This document shows, in pieces, positions 35,662 to 45,195 of a DNA stretch of 64,000 nt. The notes below the pieces were generated by a model. The model did no database searches and was not told the origin of the DNA. It saw only the letters and a program-made list of their open reading frames with translations. Origin of the DNA: an uncultured bacterium (GTDB lineage Bacteria; Bacteroidota; Rhodothermia; Rhodothermales; Rubricoccaceae); NCBI GenBank assembly GCA_947493945.1, contig CANLSR010000004.1, positions 138,748-202,747 of the forward strand, given 5' to 3'. Position 1 is the stretch's first letter; each line of letters starts with the position of its first letter. A program made the position numbers and the translations under genes.

Positions 35662-36468
35662 CTAGTCGTCGGCGTCGGTGCTCAGGTCCTTCGGGATCTG
35701 GCCATGAGCGCGCGGGAACGGGTCGGGCTGGAGCTCGCCGTCGGGGTGGTTGGGCGGCAGCGGGAGCGAGCCGGGGATGCCCAGCGTGGGGAATTCCTTC
35801 CGGGCCGGGTGGTACTCGAAGTCCTCTGGCATGTAGATCCGGCGCATGTCGGGGTGGCCACTAAAGCGGATGCCCATCATGTCCCAGGCCTCGCGCTCGT
35901 GCCAGTTGGCCCCCTTCCAGACGCCGGTGACCGTCGGCACGACCGGGTCCTCCTCGTCGACGAGCACCTTGAGGCGGATCCGCTTGCGGGCCTTGAGCGC
36001 GCACACGTTGTAGAACACCTCGAACCGGTCCTCCTCGGTAAAGCGGTCGACGGTCCCGATGTCGGTCAAGTAGTCGAACCCGACCTCGTCGCGCAGGAAC
36101 AGGCACACGTCGGCGATGGCCCCCTTCTCGACAAACACCGTCGTCTCGCCGGCGTAGCCGACGACGTCGGTGACCGCGTCGGCGAACCGGTCTTGGAGCG
36201 CGGCGATCACCTTGGGCACCTGCCAGGTGGCCTTGGCGTGCGGGTTCTCGTTCTGGAGCCGCTCCATCTCGCCCGCCAGCGCGGCGCGCGGCGTAAAGTG
36301 GAACTTGAGCGTCTGGGCCTGCTCGGCCGGGTCCACGAACGGCGCGTCGTCCGGGCCGCCGACGAGGGCGCCGGCGACGGGCGCGAGCGCGACGGTCGGG
36401 GGCGGCGTCGGCTCCGGCTGGCGGTCGGCGTCGCCGGCGGCGAGGTCGGGGTCGGGGGTCTCAGGCAT
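35662..36468 (-). CDS. nuoC: NADH-quinone oxidoreductase subunit C
   Basis: 268 aa. WHEREAWDMMGIRFSGHPDMRRI signature. The N-terminus of ~50 aa is Pro/Ala-rich. Confidence 0.9.
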   Translation of the reverse strand: MPETPDPDLAAGDADRQPEPTPPPTVALAPVAGALVGGPDDAPFVDPAEQAQTLKFHFTPRAALAGEMERLQNENPHAKATWQVPKVIAALQDRFADAVTDVVGYAGETTVFVEKGAIADVCLFLRDEVGFDYLTDIGTVDRFTEEDRFEVFYNVCALKARKRIRLKVLVDEEDPVVPTVTGVWKGANWHEREAWDMMGIRFSGHPDMRRIYMPEDFEYHPARKEFPTLGIPGSLPLPPNHPDGELQPDPFPRAHGQIPKDLSTDADD

Positions 36469-36472
36469 GGGG

Positions 36473-37018
36473 CTAGGCGGCGACGGGCGTGCCGTCCGGG
36501 GTCACGAGCCGGCCCTCGATGAGCCGGTTGGGCTCGTCCTTGAAGCGGACGTCCTTGGCGACCGACTCGGTCACCCGGATCTTCTCCTGGATGTCCATCA
36601 GCGCGTGGAGCACGGCCTCAGGGCGCGGCGGGCAGCCGGGGATGTAGACGTCGACCGGCACGAAGTTGTCGATGCCCTGGACCACGCCGTAGCACCGGTG
36701 CATCCCGCCCGTGGACGCGCACGCGCCCTGGGCGATGCACCACTTGGGCTCGGCCATCTGGTCCCAGATCCGGCGGACGGTGTGGGCCATCTTGTAGGAG
36801 CACCAGCCAGCCACGATCATCAGGTCGGCCTGGCGGGGGCTGAAGCGCATGGCCTCCGACCCGAACCGGGCCGCGTCGTACTTCGGCCCGGCAAACCCCA
36901 TCATCTCGATGGCGCAGCAGGCCAGGCCCATGGGCATGGGCATGAGCGAGTTGGACCGCGCCCAGTTGACGACCGAGTCGACGGTCGTGGTCAGGAATCC
37001 GCCTTCTTCGCTAAACAT
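36473..37018 (-). CDS. nuoB: NADH-quinone oxidoreductase subunit B
   Basis: 181 aa. [16 protein letters not shown] and GCPP motifs. Confidence 0.95.
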   Translation of the reverse strand: MFSEEGGFLTTTVDSVVNWARSNSLMPMPMGLACCAIEMMGFAGPKYDAARFGSEAMRFSPRQADLMIVAGWCSYKMAHTVRRIWDQMAEPKWCIAQGACASTGGMHRCYGVVQGIDNFVPVDVYIPGCPPRPEAVLHALMDIQEKIRVTESVAKDVRFKDEPNRLIEGRLVTPDGTPVAA

Positions 37019-37117
37019 GGGGGTCGGGGCTTGGGGGCGTGTGGTACCGGAACGGCCGGGCGGGGTTCGGCGTGCCGGCCGCTTTCACTCTAGACTGAAA
37101 CGTCGGGGCGGCGGGCG

Positions 37118-37495
37118 TTAGTCCCAGTCGAGCCCGCCCTTTTTGATGTCGTAGATCAGCCCCACCACCAGGATGGCGATAAAGACGCCGATCACGCCCA
37201 GCGACACCAGCGCCGCGCCGCCGCCGGCCGCCAGGAACGTCCGGTACGAGACGGCCCACGGGTAGAGGAACACCAGCTCGACGTCGAACACGATGAAGAT
37301 CATCGCGACGAGGTAGAACTTGACCGAGTACCGGTCGCGCGCCGTCCCCACGGGGTCCTGGCCCGACTCGTAGGGGCTCTCCTTGATCGCGTTCGGCTGG
37401 TGCGGCCCGAAGTACTCGGCCACCTTGAGCAGCGTCAGCGCCAGCCCCAGGGCCAGCAGGATCATCAGGAACAGGGGGACAAACTCGACGATCAT
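37118..37495 (-). CDS. nuoA: NADH-quinone oxidoreductase subunit A
   Basis: 125 aa, 3 TM. YESGQDP...FDVELVFLYPWA. Confidence 0.9.
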   Translation of the reverse strand: MIVEFVPLFLMILLALGLALTLLKVAEYFGPHQPNAIKESPYESGQDPVGTARDRYSVKFYLVAMIFIVFDVELVFLYPWAVSYRTFLAAGGGAALVSLGVIGVFIAILVVGLIYDIKKGGLDWD

Positions 37496-37637
37496 GGGCC
37501 GGGTGGTCGGGCGGACGCGGAAGCTACCACGGCGCCGGGCCGCCGGCCGTCAGGAGCGGCCCCGAACCCGTGGACATCACGGGAAGCCCGACAGCGCACG
37601 GCGTCGGGGCACGGCCCCCAGGCCGTCGCCCGTCGCG

Positions 37638-37663
37638 CCCCGCTGGCGCCGGGCGCCAGCGGG
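37638..37663. repeat. REP family 1 (CCCGCTGGCGC-loop-GCGCCAGCGGG)
   Basis: 11-bp stem, upstream of nuoA and downstream of the T9SS-tailed gene. A further half site sits at 37675-37688. Confidence 0.8.
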
Positions 37664-37791
37664 ACCGGGCTCTGACTGGCGGAATGCCCCGCAGCCTGCG
37701 GACGGCGCCGGAAGTCGTCGCCCGCTTCGCGTTCCCTGTCGGCGGCCCCCGGCGCCCGCCCTCGGCCGCGTTCGGGATCGCCAGGCGGAGC

Positions 37792-38436
37792 CTAGCGCGT
37801 CACGGTAAACCGGCGCTGGGACAGCCCCCCGTCGCTGCGCACCTGGCACACGTAGGTCCCGCTCGCCAGCATCGAGGCGTCGAGCGGGAGGACGTGGTCG
37901 CCCGCGTCCAGCGGACCGTCGAGCAGCGTCGCCACGCGACGGCCGAGCGCGTCGATCACGTCCACGCGCACCCGGCCGGCGGTGGCCAGCGAGAGCGGGA
38001 TCTGGGCGCTCTGCACCACGGGGTTCGGGCGGACCAGGCCGAGGCCGCTCTCTGGCACGGCGTCATTCGCGTCCAGAGCGGGGCCCTCGGCCCGGCTCAC
38101 GACGTACACCCCGTCGGGCTCGAACCCCTCGTTGGGCGCGAGCGCCGTCTGGAACGTGAACGCGATGGAGGTGACGGGGCGGCCCTGGTCATCGGGCGGA
38201 TACACGGCAAACGAGACCACGTCGCCGGCGTTCAGCCCGTCCAACGCCTCGGTGTCCGGGTCGTCGGCCCAGAGCGTGAGCGCGGTCCCGGTGCTGTCCC
38301 ACTCGCTGATGCCTACGCACAGGCCGTCGGGGCCGATGGCCGCGATCTGGTCGCCGGGTTGGAGGTCCGCGCCGCTGAAGAGCGCGGCGGGGTTGTCGGG
38401 GATCAGGACGACGGCGCTGGCCCACGAGTGGTCCAC
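37792..38436 (-). CDS. secreted protein with T9SS (Por) C-terminal sorting domain
   Basis: The C-terminal ~80 aa (LVRPNPVVQSAQIPLSLATAGRVRVDVIDALGRRVATLLDG...LASGTYVCQVRSDGGLSQRRFTVTR) fits the T9SS CTD pattern. The frame stays open upstream and encodes a signal-peptide-like segment without a canonical start (see findings). Confidence 0.6.
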   Translation of the reverse strand: MDHSWASAVVLIPDNPAALFSGADLQPGDQIAAIGPDGLCVGISEWDSTGTALTLWADDPDTEALDGLNAGDVVSFAVYPPDDQGRPVTSIAFTFQTALAPNEGFEPDGVYVVSRAEGPALDANDAVPESGLGLVRPNPVVQSAQIPLSLATAGRVRVDVIDALGRRVATLLDGPLDAGDHVLPLDASMLASGTYVCQVRSDGGLSQRRFTVTR

Positions 38437-38755
38437 GCACGTGGGCGGGTCTGGGGTGGGCGCGGTGGTCGCGGAGGACGAGAGCGGGACGAGGGCGGCG
38501 GCAGCAACGTGCGCCGCAAAACGGAGGGAAAACAGAGCGGTGGGGCGGTGTGGTGAACAAGTCCCAGCGCGTCGGACGCATCCGCCGGCGTGCTCGAGCC
38601 GCAGGCCGGCCGGGCCGTGGCAGATCGGCAGGCCGTGTGGCGACGTCGCCCGTTCTGCGCTGGAGCCGCAACCTATCGGACCGTCCGCTGGCGGCGTAGG
38701 CGCGGGGCCTTCATCGTCTGGACTTTGCCTAGGAAACCATCGGCATATCGGACCT

Positions 38756-38793
38756 CAAAACGCCCTCAGGGCCGGTCAGGGCAATCCTGAGGG
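38756..38793 (-). terminator. candidate intrinsic terminator downstream of purB
   Basis: On the minus strand: CCCTCAGG-15 nt-CCTGAGGG followed by CGTTTTG. The loop is long, so confidence is moderate. Confidence 0.5.
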
Positions 38794-38906
38794 TTCTCCG
38801 AGGAATGCCTCAGAGGCGATTCGTCACTCGGGGTTCACCTGGGCGTGGGCCCTAACGCGCCTGACGACACCGCCTGCGGACGGCCGCCGCGCGCGTGGTC
38901 GCGTCC

Positions 38907-38930
38907 CGCTGGCGGACGCGCTCCGCCAGC
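38907..38930. repeat. REP family 1 (loop CGCGC)
   Basis: CGCTGGCGGAcgcgcTCCGCCAGC, 18 nt downstream of the purB stop. The core is identical to the copies at 19931 and 54791. Confidence 0.85.
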
Positions 38931-38947
38931 CGCTCGCGCAGCCGGGC

Positions 38948-40291
38948 TCAGCCCAGCCCGACGCGCTCAAAGATCTCGTCCACGTGCGCCTGGTGCGTGG
39001 CCGGGTCGAAGGCGTCGGCGATCTGGTCGGCCGAGAGCACGTCGGTGATGGCCGGCGCGGCCCCGACGATGTCGCGGAACGAGCGGCGCTCACTCCAGGC
39101 CCGCATCGCCAGCGGCTGGACGGCGTCGTAGGCGGCCTCGCGGCTGTGCCCGGCGTCGATCATCGCCAGCAGCAGGCGCTGGCTGTAGACGAGCCCGTAG
39201 GTGCGGTCCAGGTTCTCCAGCATCCGGTCGGGGTAGACCGTCAGGTTTTCGACGATCCGCGCCATCCGCGCCAGCGCGTAATCCAGGACGATGGTCGCGT
39301 CGGGCAGGATCACGCGCTCGACTGACGAGTGGCTGATGTCGCGCTCGTGCCACAGCGCCACGTCCTCGTAGGCGGCCACCATGTAGCCGCGCAGGAGCCT
39401 GGCCATGCCGGTCAGGTTCTCGCTGCCGATCGGGTTCCGCTTGTGCGGCATCGCGCTCGACCCCTTCTGGCCCTTGCCGAACGACTCCTCGGCCTCCAGG
39501 ACCTCGCTCCGCTGCAAGTGGCGGATCTCGACGGCGATGGTCTCGATGGTGGTCCCGACCAACGCGAGCGCCCCGAGGTACTGGGCGTGCAGGTCGCGCG
39601 GGAGCACCTGGGTCGAGATCGGGGCCGGGCGCAGGCCCAGCCGCTCGCACGTCAGCCGTTCGACCTCGGGCGGGATGTTGGCGAACGTGCCGACGGCGCC
39701 CGACAGCTTGCCCACGCGGACGGCCTCCGCGGCGGCGTCGAACCGCTCGATGTCGCGCTGGACGGCGTCGTAGAACCGGGCCAGCTTGAGCCCGAACGTC
39801 GTCGGCTCGGCGTGGACGCCGTGCGTCCGCCCGACGGTCACGGTGTGCTTGTGCTCCACGGCCCGCTGGCGGAGCACGTCCGCCAGCCGGACGAGGCCGG
39901 CGCGCAGGATCTGGTTGGCCTCCTTGAGCCGGACGGAGCCGGCCGTGTCTACCACGTCCGACGAGGTCAGCCCGTAGTGGACCCACTTGCGCTCCGGCCC
40001 CAGCGTCTCGGAGACGGCGCGCGTGAACGCGACCACGTCGTGACGCGTCTCGGCCTCGATCTCGTGGATCCGGTCGACGTCGAAGCCGGCGTCGGCGTAC
40101 AACGTCTCCACGTCCGCCATCGGGATCTGGCCGGTCGCTTGGGACCACGCCCAGCAGGCGGCGAGCTCGACGTCGAGCCAGGCCTGGTACTGGGCCTCCT
40201 CGGTCCAGATGGCGCCCATCTCGGGGCGGGTGTAGCGGTCGATCATGGCGGCGGCGGCGGTGGGGAGACCGCTAAAGTCGGGGACGGGCAT
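38948..40291 (-). CDS. purB: adenylosuccinate lyase
   Basis: 447 aa. [10 protein letters not shown] and the signature [11 protein letters not shown]. The conserved N-terminus [10 protein letters not shown] starts at 40246, so the first 15 codons may not be translated. Confidence 0.95.
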   Translation of the reverse strand: MPVPDFSGLPTAAAAMIDRYTRPEMGAIWTEEAQYQAWLDVELAACWAWSQATGQIPMADVETLYADAGFDVDRIHEIEAETRHDVVAFTRAVSETLGPERKWVHYGLTSSDVVDTAGSVRLKEANQILRAGLVRLADVLRQRAVEHKHTVTVGRTHGVHAEPTTFGLKLARFYDAVQRDIERFDAAAEAVRVGKLSGAVGTFANIPPEVERLTCERLGLRPAPISTQVLPRDLHAQYLGALALVGTTIETIAVEIRHLQRSEVLEAEESFGKGQKGSSAMPHKRNPIGSENLTGMARLLRGYMVAAYEDVALWHERDISHSSVERVILPDATIVLDYALARMARIVENLTVYPDRMLENLDRTYGLVYSQRLLLAMIDAGHSREAAYDAVQPLAMRAWSERRSFRDIVGAAPAITDVLSADQIADAFDPATHQAHVDEIFERVGLG

Positions 40292-40521
40292 GGGGGGAAT
40301 CCCGAACCTTCGCCGAAACCGGCCCGGTGCCTTCCCTCACGATCGGACGATGAAGGGCTTGGGCGGGCACGCGGGCCTACCGCGGGGCGACGAGCGGCCC
40401 GACGCCTGTTCCGTTGGGACTTGTGCTCCACGGCTGAATAGAGTAACGTCGGGTCCTTCACACTACGTCCGCGATCCGTTCTCGGGTTCTTGGGCATTCC
40501 GGCTCCCACCACTGCCTCCCC

Positions 40522-41667
40522 ATGCGCATTTCCCACCACCTCGCATCCGCCGCTCTAGCGGGCGCCCTCGTCCTCTCCGGCTGCGACGCCGTCGGCCCCG
40601 ACTCGGCCGGCGCGACCAGCACCGATATGGTCGCGGCGGACGCTAGGGGCGGCGTCACCGAGTCGTACATCGTCGTGTTCAAGGACGACGCCCCCAACGT
40701 CCGCGGCCTCGCCCAGCGTCTGGCCAACGGCAACGCCACCCACGTCTACGAGAACTCGATCAAGGGCTTCGCGGCCCAGTTCTCGCCCCAGGCCGCAGCG
40801 GCGCTCACGCGCAACCCGCACGTCGCCTTCGTCGAGAAGGACCAGGCGATGGTGCTCAAGCGGCCGGGCACTGGCGGTGGCGGTGGGGGCGCCAGCCAGG
40901 TCATGCCCTACGGCATCACGCGCGTCAACGGCGGCGTGGCGTCGAACGGCCGCGCCTGCGTGCTCGACTCCGGCGTGGACCTCGACCACCCCGACCTCCG
41001 GGTCGACGTGGGCGCCAGCCGGACGTTCATCACGAGCGGGAAGGACGCGCGCAGCGCCGACGACGGCAACGGCCACGGCACGCACGTCGCCGGCACCATC
41101 GGCGCGCTCGACAACAGCCAGGGCGTGATCGGCGTGGCCGCCGGCGCGACCATCGTCGGCGTCAAGGTGCTCGACAGCCGCGGCAGCGGCGCCTACTCGG
41201 CGGTCATCGCGGGCGTCGACTACGTGGGCTCGGGGGCCCCGAACTGTGCCGTCGCCAACATGAGCCTGGGCGGCCCGATCTCGGAGGCGCTCGACGCCGC
41301 CGTGCTGGCGGCGGCCGCCAACGGCGTCATCTTCGTGCTGGCGGCCGGCAACGAGTCGGACGACGCCAGCAACCACTCGCCGGCACGGGCCGGCGGCGTG
41401 AGCGCGACCGACAACGTGTACTCGATCTCGGCGATCAACTCGAGCGACGTGTTCGCCTCGTTCTCGAACTACGGCTCGGACGTCGCCTTCGCCGCGCCCG
41501 GCGTGGCGATCCAGTCGACGTGGAAGGGCGGTGGCTACAACACCATCAGCGGGACCTCGATGGCGAGCCCGCACGCGGCCGGCGTGTTCTTGCTCGGCAG
41601 CGCCCGCACCAGCGGGACGGCGGTGAACGACCCGGACGGCAACCCGGACCCGATCATCGTCCACTGA
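40522..41667 (+). CDS. S8 (subtilisin-family) serine peptidase with I9 propeptide, lipoprotein signal
   Basis: Signal ALVLSGC. Propeptide YIVVFKDD...FVEKDQ. Catalytic Asp VLDSGVDLDHPDL, His HGTHVAGTIGA, Ser SGTSMASPHAAG. Confidence 0.9.
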   Translation: MRISHHLASAALAGALVLSGCDAVGPDSAGATSTDMVAADARGGVTESYIVVFKDDAPNVRGLAQRLANGNATHVYENSIKGFAAQFSPQAAAALTRNPHVAFVEKDQAMVLKRPGTGGGGGGASQVMPYGITRVNGGVASNGRACVLDSGVDLDHPDLRVDVGASRTFITSGKDARSADDGNGHGTHVAGTIGALDNSQGVIGVAAGATIVGVKVLDSRGSGAYSAVIAGVDYVGSGAPNCAVANMSLGGPISEALDAAVLAAAANGVIFVLAAGNESDDASNHSPARAGGVSATDNVYSISAINSSDVFASFSNYGSDVAFAAPGVAIQSTWKGGGYNTISGTSMASPHAAGVFLLGSARTSGTAVNDPDGNPDPIIVH

Positions 41668-41693
41668 TAAACGGGCTTTGCCCGGCCCCACAG

Positions 41694-41726
41694 GCGCCCG
41701 CCCTCCCTGGAGGGCGGGCGCTTTTG
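41694..41726 (+). terminator. Rho-independent terminator of the S8 peptidase gene
   Basis: GCGCCCGCCCTCC / GGAGGGCGGGCGC, a 12-13 bp stem followed by TTTTG, 27 nt after the stop. Confidence 0.8.
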
Positions 41727-41824
41727 AATGGGGGTGCGCCCGCTCGGTTTGGCGGCCAGCCGGCGCACGGCCTCGGCGCCCAACCCGCCCGCGTCCGACT
41801 GGCGGTTGGCGAGCGAGGGGCGGC

Positions 41825-42919
41825 TCAGCGCCCGGCCCGCGCGCGCGCCGTCCGGAGCCGGCCGAGCACGTCGAACGCCAGCGCCGACGCGTCGGTGGTG
41901 CGGTTGGTCAGGATCACCAGGCCGATGCGGTCCTGGGGAAGCGCGGCGGCAAACGACGCGAAGCCCCCGGTGCCGCCGTCATGGAAGGCCATCGTGTTGC
42001 CGCCGTTGAGTTCGAGCAGGAGCCAGCCGAGCCCTTGCCCCATGCGGTCCGCGACGGGAATGCGCGGCTGGAGCGTCAGGGCGAAGGCGTCGGCCAGCGG
42101 TGTGGCTTCGGGCCGGATGGCCGCCTCGGCAAACGTGAGCACGTCGGCCGCCGTCGAGCGCAGGCCGCCCGCGCCGACGGTCGCGTCCTGCAACGTCCAG
42201 TGCGGCGTCGGGGCGCCGGCGCCGTCGTGGCCGGTCGCGAACCGACTCGCTAGGGCGTCGGGGACCGTCACGAACGTCTCGGCCATGCCGAGCGGAGTCA
42301 GAACACGGTCGGCTACGAGCGCGGCGTACGTCGTGTCGGCCTGGCGCGCCAGGGCGTAGCCGAGCGCGCCGACGGCGGCGTTGGAGTAGTCGTGCTTGGC
42401 GCCGGGCGCTGCCGAGGGCTGGACGGTCTCCAAGAACGCCGCCAGTCGGTCCGGGCCGTAGACCGCGTACGGGTCGGCCGGGTCGAAGCCGGGCAGAAAC
42501 ATCATGGCCGCGTCCAGCCTCGGCCAGCCCGAGGTGTGCGTCGCGAGGTCCACCAGGCGCACCGGCCCGTCGGCATGAGCCGCCACTGGGAGCCCGAGCA
42601 CGTCGGCGAGCGGCGTCTCCAGCGTAGTCTCGTCCCTACCGACGGCGTCCGCCAGCAGCAGCGACGTGAACACCTTGGTGATGGACCCGATCTCGTAGAG
42701 CGTGTGCGCGTCCGGCGCCGCGCCGTCCACCTCGCCCACGCCGACGACGTGGCGGTCGCCGTCCACCACGACGCCGAGGACCAGCGACGGCAGGCCGTTG
42801 GCGTCGGCGAAGGCTCGGGCGAGCGAGTCCAGCGGGACGCCGTGCGGCGCGGCCGGCTGCGCGCTGGCGGTGGCGGTCGCCAGTAGCACGAGGAGCAGGG
42901 GGCGGAGGGCGTTAGGCAT
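41825..42919 (-). CDS. serine hydrolase (class C beta-lactamase / PBP-like family)
   Basis: 364 aa. Signal peptide and active-site YEIGSITKVFTS (SxxK). Overlaps the upstream gene by 8 nt. Confidence 0.85.
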   Translation of the reverse strand: MPNALRPLLLVLLATATASAQPAAPHGVPLDSLARAFADANGLPSLVLGVVVDGDRHVVGVGEVDGAAPDAHTLYEIGSITKVFTSLLLADAVGRDETTLETPLADVLGLPVAAHADGPVRLVDLATHTSGWPRLDAAMMFLPGFDPADPYAVYGPDRLAAFLETVQPSAAPGAKHDYSNAAVGALGYALARQADTTYAALVADRVLTPLGMAETFVTVPDALASRFATGHDGAGAPTPHWTLQDATVGAGGLRSTAADVLTFAEAAIRPEATPLADAFALTLQPRIPVADRMGQGLGWLLLELNGGNTMAFHDGGTGGFASFAAALPQDRIGLVILTNRTTDASALAFDVLGRLRTARARAGR

Positions 42920-43457
42920 GGTCGAGGTCGTGGAGGTGGGCCGCGAACGCGTCCCGAGTGGTCATAAGATCGTCGGCGGCCTTCCAGTTGGCCCACGACA
43001 GGGCGGCGCCGAGGAGGCCGACGACGGTGAGGTAGACCGGCCGGCCGTGGCCGTCGGACAGGTCGAAGGCGACGACGCCGGCGGTGATGGGGAGCACGTA
43101 CCAGAGCCACGCCCAGCGCAGCAGCGCCGTCTGGGCGGAGAGCCAGCGGTGTTCGGCCCGCAACGAGTCGCGGAGCGGCATCCAGGGACTGGCCCGAGGG
43201 AACCGGAGCCGCACGCTTAGGATCACGCCGCCGATCCACAGGCTGAGGCCGACGAGCCCTAGGGCGCCCCACGGGAGCTCGGGCGCCACCGCCGCGCGCA
43301 CGCTAAAGATCAGCGCTACGACCGCCACAGCGGCCAGCTCTCGGACGTCCCGCCAGCGGAGCGTCCGGTCGAGCCGGGCAGCCCGGTCTCGGAGCGACTC
43401 GGGGACGGGCGGCGGCGCGTCGGCCGTCTGCCACAGCGTTTGGAGGTTGTCGTTCAT
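42912..43457 (-). CDS. hypothetical membrane protein co-transcribed with ECF sigma (possible anti-sigma partner)
   Basis: 181 aa with about 4 TM segments. ATGA overlap with the sigma-factor stop. No recognisable zinc-finger anti-sigma motif. Confidence 0.5.
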   Translation of the reverse strand: MNDNLQTLWQTADAPPPVPESLRDRAARLDRTLRWRDVRELAAVAVVALIFSVRAAVAPELPWGALGLVGLSLWIGGVILSVRLRFPRASPWMPLRDSLRAEHRWLSAQTALLRWAWLWYVLPITAGVVAFDLSDGHGRPVYLTVVGLLGAALSWANWKAADDLMTTRDAFAAHLHDLDHA

Positions 43458-43966
43458 AGCGGGACGGGGTCGGTGAGAGCGGCCGCCAGTCGGGCGCGGG
43501 CGCGGTGCAGGCGGACGGCGACGTTGGAGACCGTCAGCCCGAGCACCTCGGCGATCTCGGCGTGGGGCCGCTCCTCCAGCGACAGCACCACCAAGGCGCG
43601 GTCGATCTCGGGCAACTGGCGGACGGCGGCGAAGAGTCGGGCGAGAGCGTCCGAGCGGTCGGCGGCGGCGTGCGGGTCGGGCTCGCGGTCGGGCGCGGCG
43701 TCCACGGCCAGCGGGGCGTCGACCGTTTTGCGGACGTCACGCGAGCGGACGGCGCCCAGCGCCACGTTGAAGGCGATGCGCGTGAGCCACGTCCGCTCGG
43801 CGGCGTCGCCGCGGAACGACGGGAGGGCGCGCCAGATCTGGAGCAGCATCTCTTGGTAGAGGTCCTCGCGGTCGGGTCGCGTCCGGGCGTAGGCACCGGC
43901 GATGCGCCACAGCGCGGGGCCGTGGGCGTCGAGGAGGGCGGCAAACCGGGCGTCGGTCGGGGACAC
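43454..43966 (-). CDS. ECF-type RNA polymerase sigma-70 factor
   Basis: GTG start (VSPTDARF). Region 2 DLYQEMLLQIWRALPSF...RIAFNVA. Region 4 LSLEERPHAEIAEVLGLTVSNVAVRLHRARARL. Confidence 0.8.
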   Translation of the reverse strand: MSPTDARFAALLDAHGPALWRIAGAYARTRPDREDLYQEMLLQIWRALPSFRGDAAERTWLTRIAFNVALGAVRSRDVRKTVDAPLAVDAAPDREPDPHAAADRSDALARLFAAVRQLPEIDRALVVLSLEERPHAEIAEVLGLTVSNVAVRLHRARARLAAALTDPVPL

Positions 43967-44040
43967 GCGAGGGGGAGGGGATACCGGGTTGGTCGCGCCG
44001 CCCGTGTGCACCTTACACCAGGCCGCTTTCTTCCGCCCGC

Positions 44041-44099
44041 CCCGCTGGCGCACTCTCTGGCGAGTGGTCGAGGCCCCGCCGACGCGGTCCGCCAGCGGG
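44041..44099. repeat. REP-like inverted repeat with long spacer (CCCGCTGGCG-N39-CGCCAGCGGG)
   Basis: 10-bp arms in the divergent sigma / membrane-protein spacer. Confidence 0.5.
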
Positions 44100-44161
44100 T
44101 CAGCCTCCGGGGATCGTCGGACCCCGCGGCCCGTCCAACGAGGCGTTTCCCCATCCTCCCC

Positions 44162-44890
44162 ATGCCCCTCGCCCTCCTCCAAACCGACGGCGGTCTGGTC
44201 ATCGACTGGACCCAGATGCCGACCTACAACACCATCATGTCCGTCGCGGTCGGCGCGGGGCTGCTCCTGCTCGTCCGCGTGGCCCGCCAGCTCCGCGCGG
44301 CGCCGGGCGAGGTGTCGGCCGAGGGGTACGCGCTGGCGTTCGGGGTGCTGGGCTTCGTGCTCACCGCCACCGGCCTCCACATGACGCTGACGTGGCCGCT
44401 GGCCGCCTACTTCCCGTTCGACAACATCGTGTTCGGCGAGCCCAGCCTGGGCTTCGGGGTGCTGATGCTGGCCGCGGCGGTCTACGGCTGGACGCGCGGG
44501 CCGGCGGCGCTGGCGGGGCCGGAGCCCGAGGCGACCATCCTAAAGGTGATCGAGCCGGTGTCGCTGTTCGCGGCCGGCCTGGGTCTGGGAATGTTCGGGA
44601 TCGCGGCGGCGGGCATCGGCTACCAACTGTTCGCCGCGCCGCCGGAGGAGCCCATCGCGGGGTGGTTTGCCGAGTGGCCTTTGCTGGAGGCGGCGTTCAT
44701 CTCGGGCCTGTTCGCGCTCGTCGGCGTGGGCGCGGTGGCGCTGCCGTGGGCGCTGCGCGACGCCGGCCCGGCCCGCCGCATCGCCGGCACGGCCTGGACC
44801 GTCGCCGGGTGGACGTTCCTGCTGTTCGGGGCGATGAACTTCTTTACCCACATCGGCCTGATCGTGAACACGATGGAGACCGCGCCCTGA
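44162..44890 (+). CDS. polytopic membrane protein (possibly DUF981-like)
   Basis: Starts MPLALLQTDGG. About 6-7 TM segments. The family assignment is from memory only. Confidence 0.6.
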   Translation: MPLALLQTDGGLVIDWTQMPTYNTIMSVAVGAGLLLLVRVARQLRAAPGEVSAEGYALAFGVLGFVLTATGLHMTLTWPLAAYFPFDNIVFGEPSLGFGVLMLAAAVYGWTRGPAALAGPEPEATILKVIEPVSLFAAGLGLGMFGIAAAGIGYQLFAAPPEEPIAGWFAEWPLLEAAFISGLFALVGVGAVALPWALRDAGPARRIAGTAWTVAGWTFLLFGAMNFFTHIGLIVNTMETAP

Positions 44891-44897
44891 GCCGTCC

Positions 44898-44918
44898 CGC
44901 TGGCGGAGCCCGCCAGCG
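44898..44918. repeat. REP family 1 (short loop)
   Basis: CGCTGGCGGagcCCGCCAGCG, 8 nt after the stop at 44890. An extra right-arm copy lies at 44950-44961. Confidence 0.75.
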
Positions 44919-45058
44919 AGGCGAAGCCCGCACTCTTCGCCGGCGCCGGCCGCCAGCGGGGCGAGCGCAGATTCCCAGGCGCTTCGCAACCTCCCGAGAC
45001 CGTCGCGGTAGATTGGTCCCGCCGGCCGCCCCGACGCCTCCGCGTCCAGGCCCGCCGG

Positions 45059-45171
45059 CAGAGTGAGGGCACGTCCCGTACGGCCAGCTCCCTTCGAACC
45101 CCGCCAGGGCCTGACGGCAGCAACGGTAGAAGGTCGACGCGGCGCGATACGGATCGCGTGCCCTCACTCTG
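45059..45171 (+). ncRNA. ffs: candidate small (4.5S-type) SRP RNA
   Basis: 113-nt long hairpin closed by a perfect 15-bp stem (45059-45073 / 45157-45171). The exactly central apical hairpin GCC-UGAC-GGC is flanked by 5' CAGG and 3' AGCA, as in SRP domain IV (E. coli CAGG UCC GGAA GGA AGCA). An A/C-rich 5' asymmetric loop (GAACC) lies below. The tetraloop is not GNRA. Confidence 0.45.
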
Positions 45172-45195
45172 TTCCAGGCCCTCCGCCCCGTTCCG

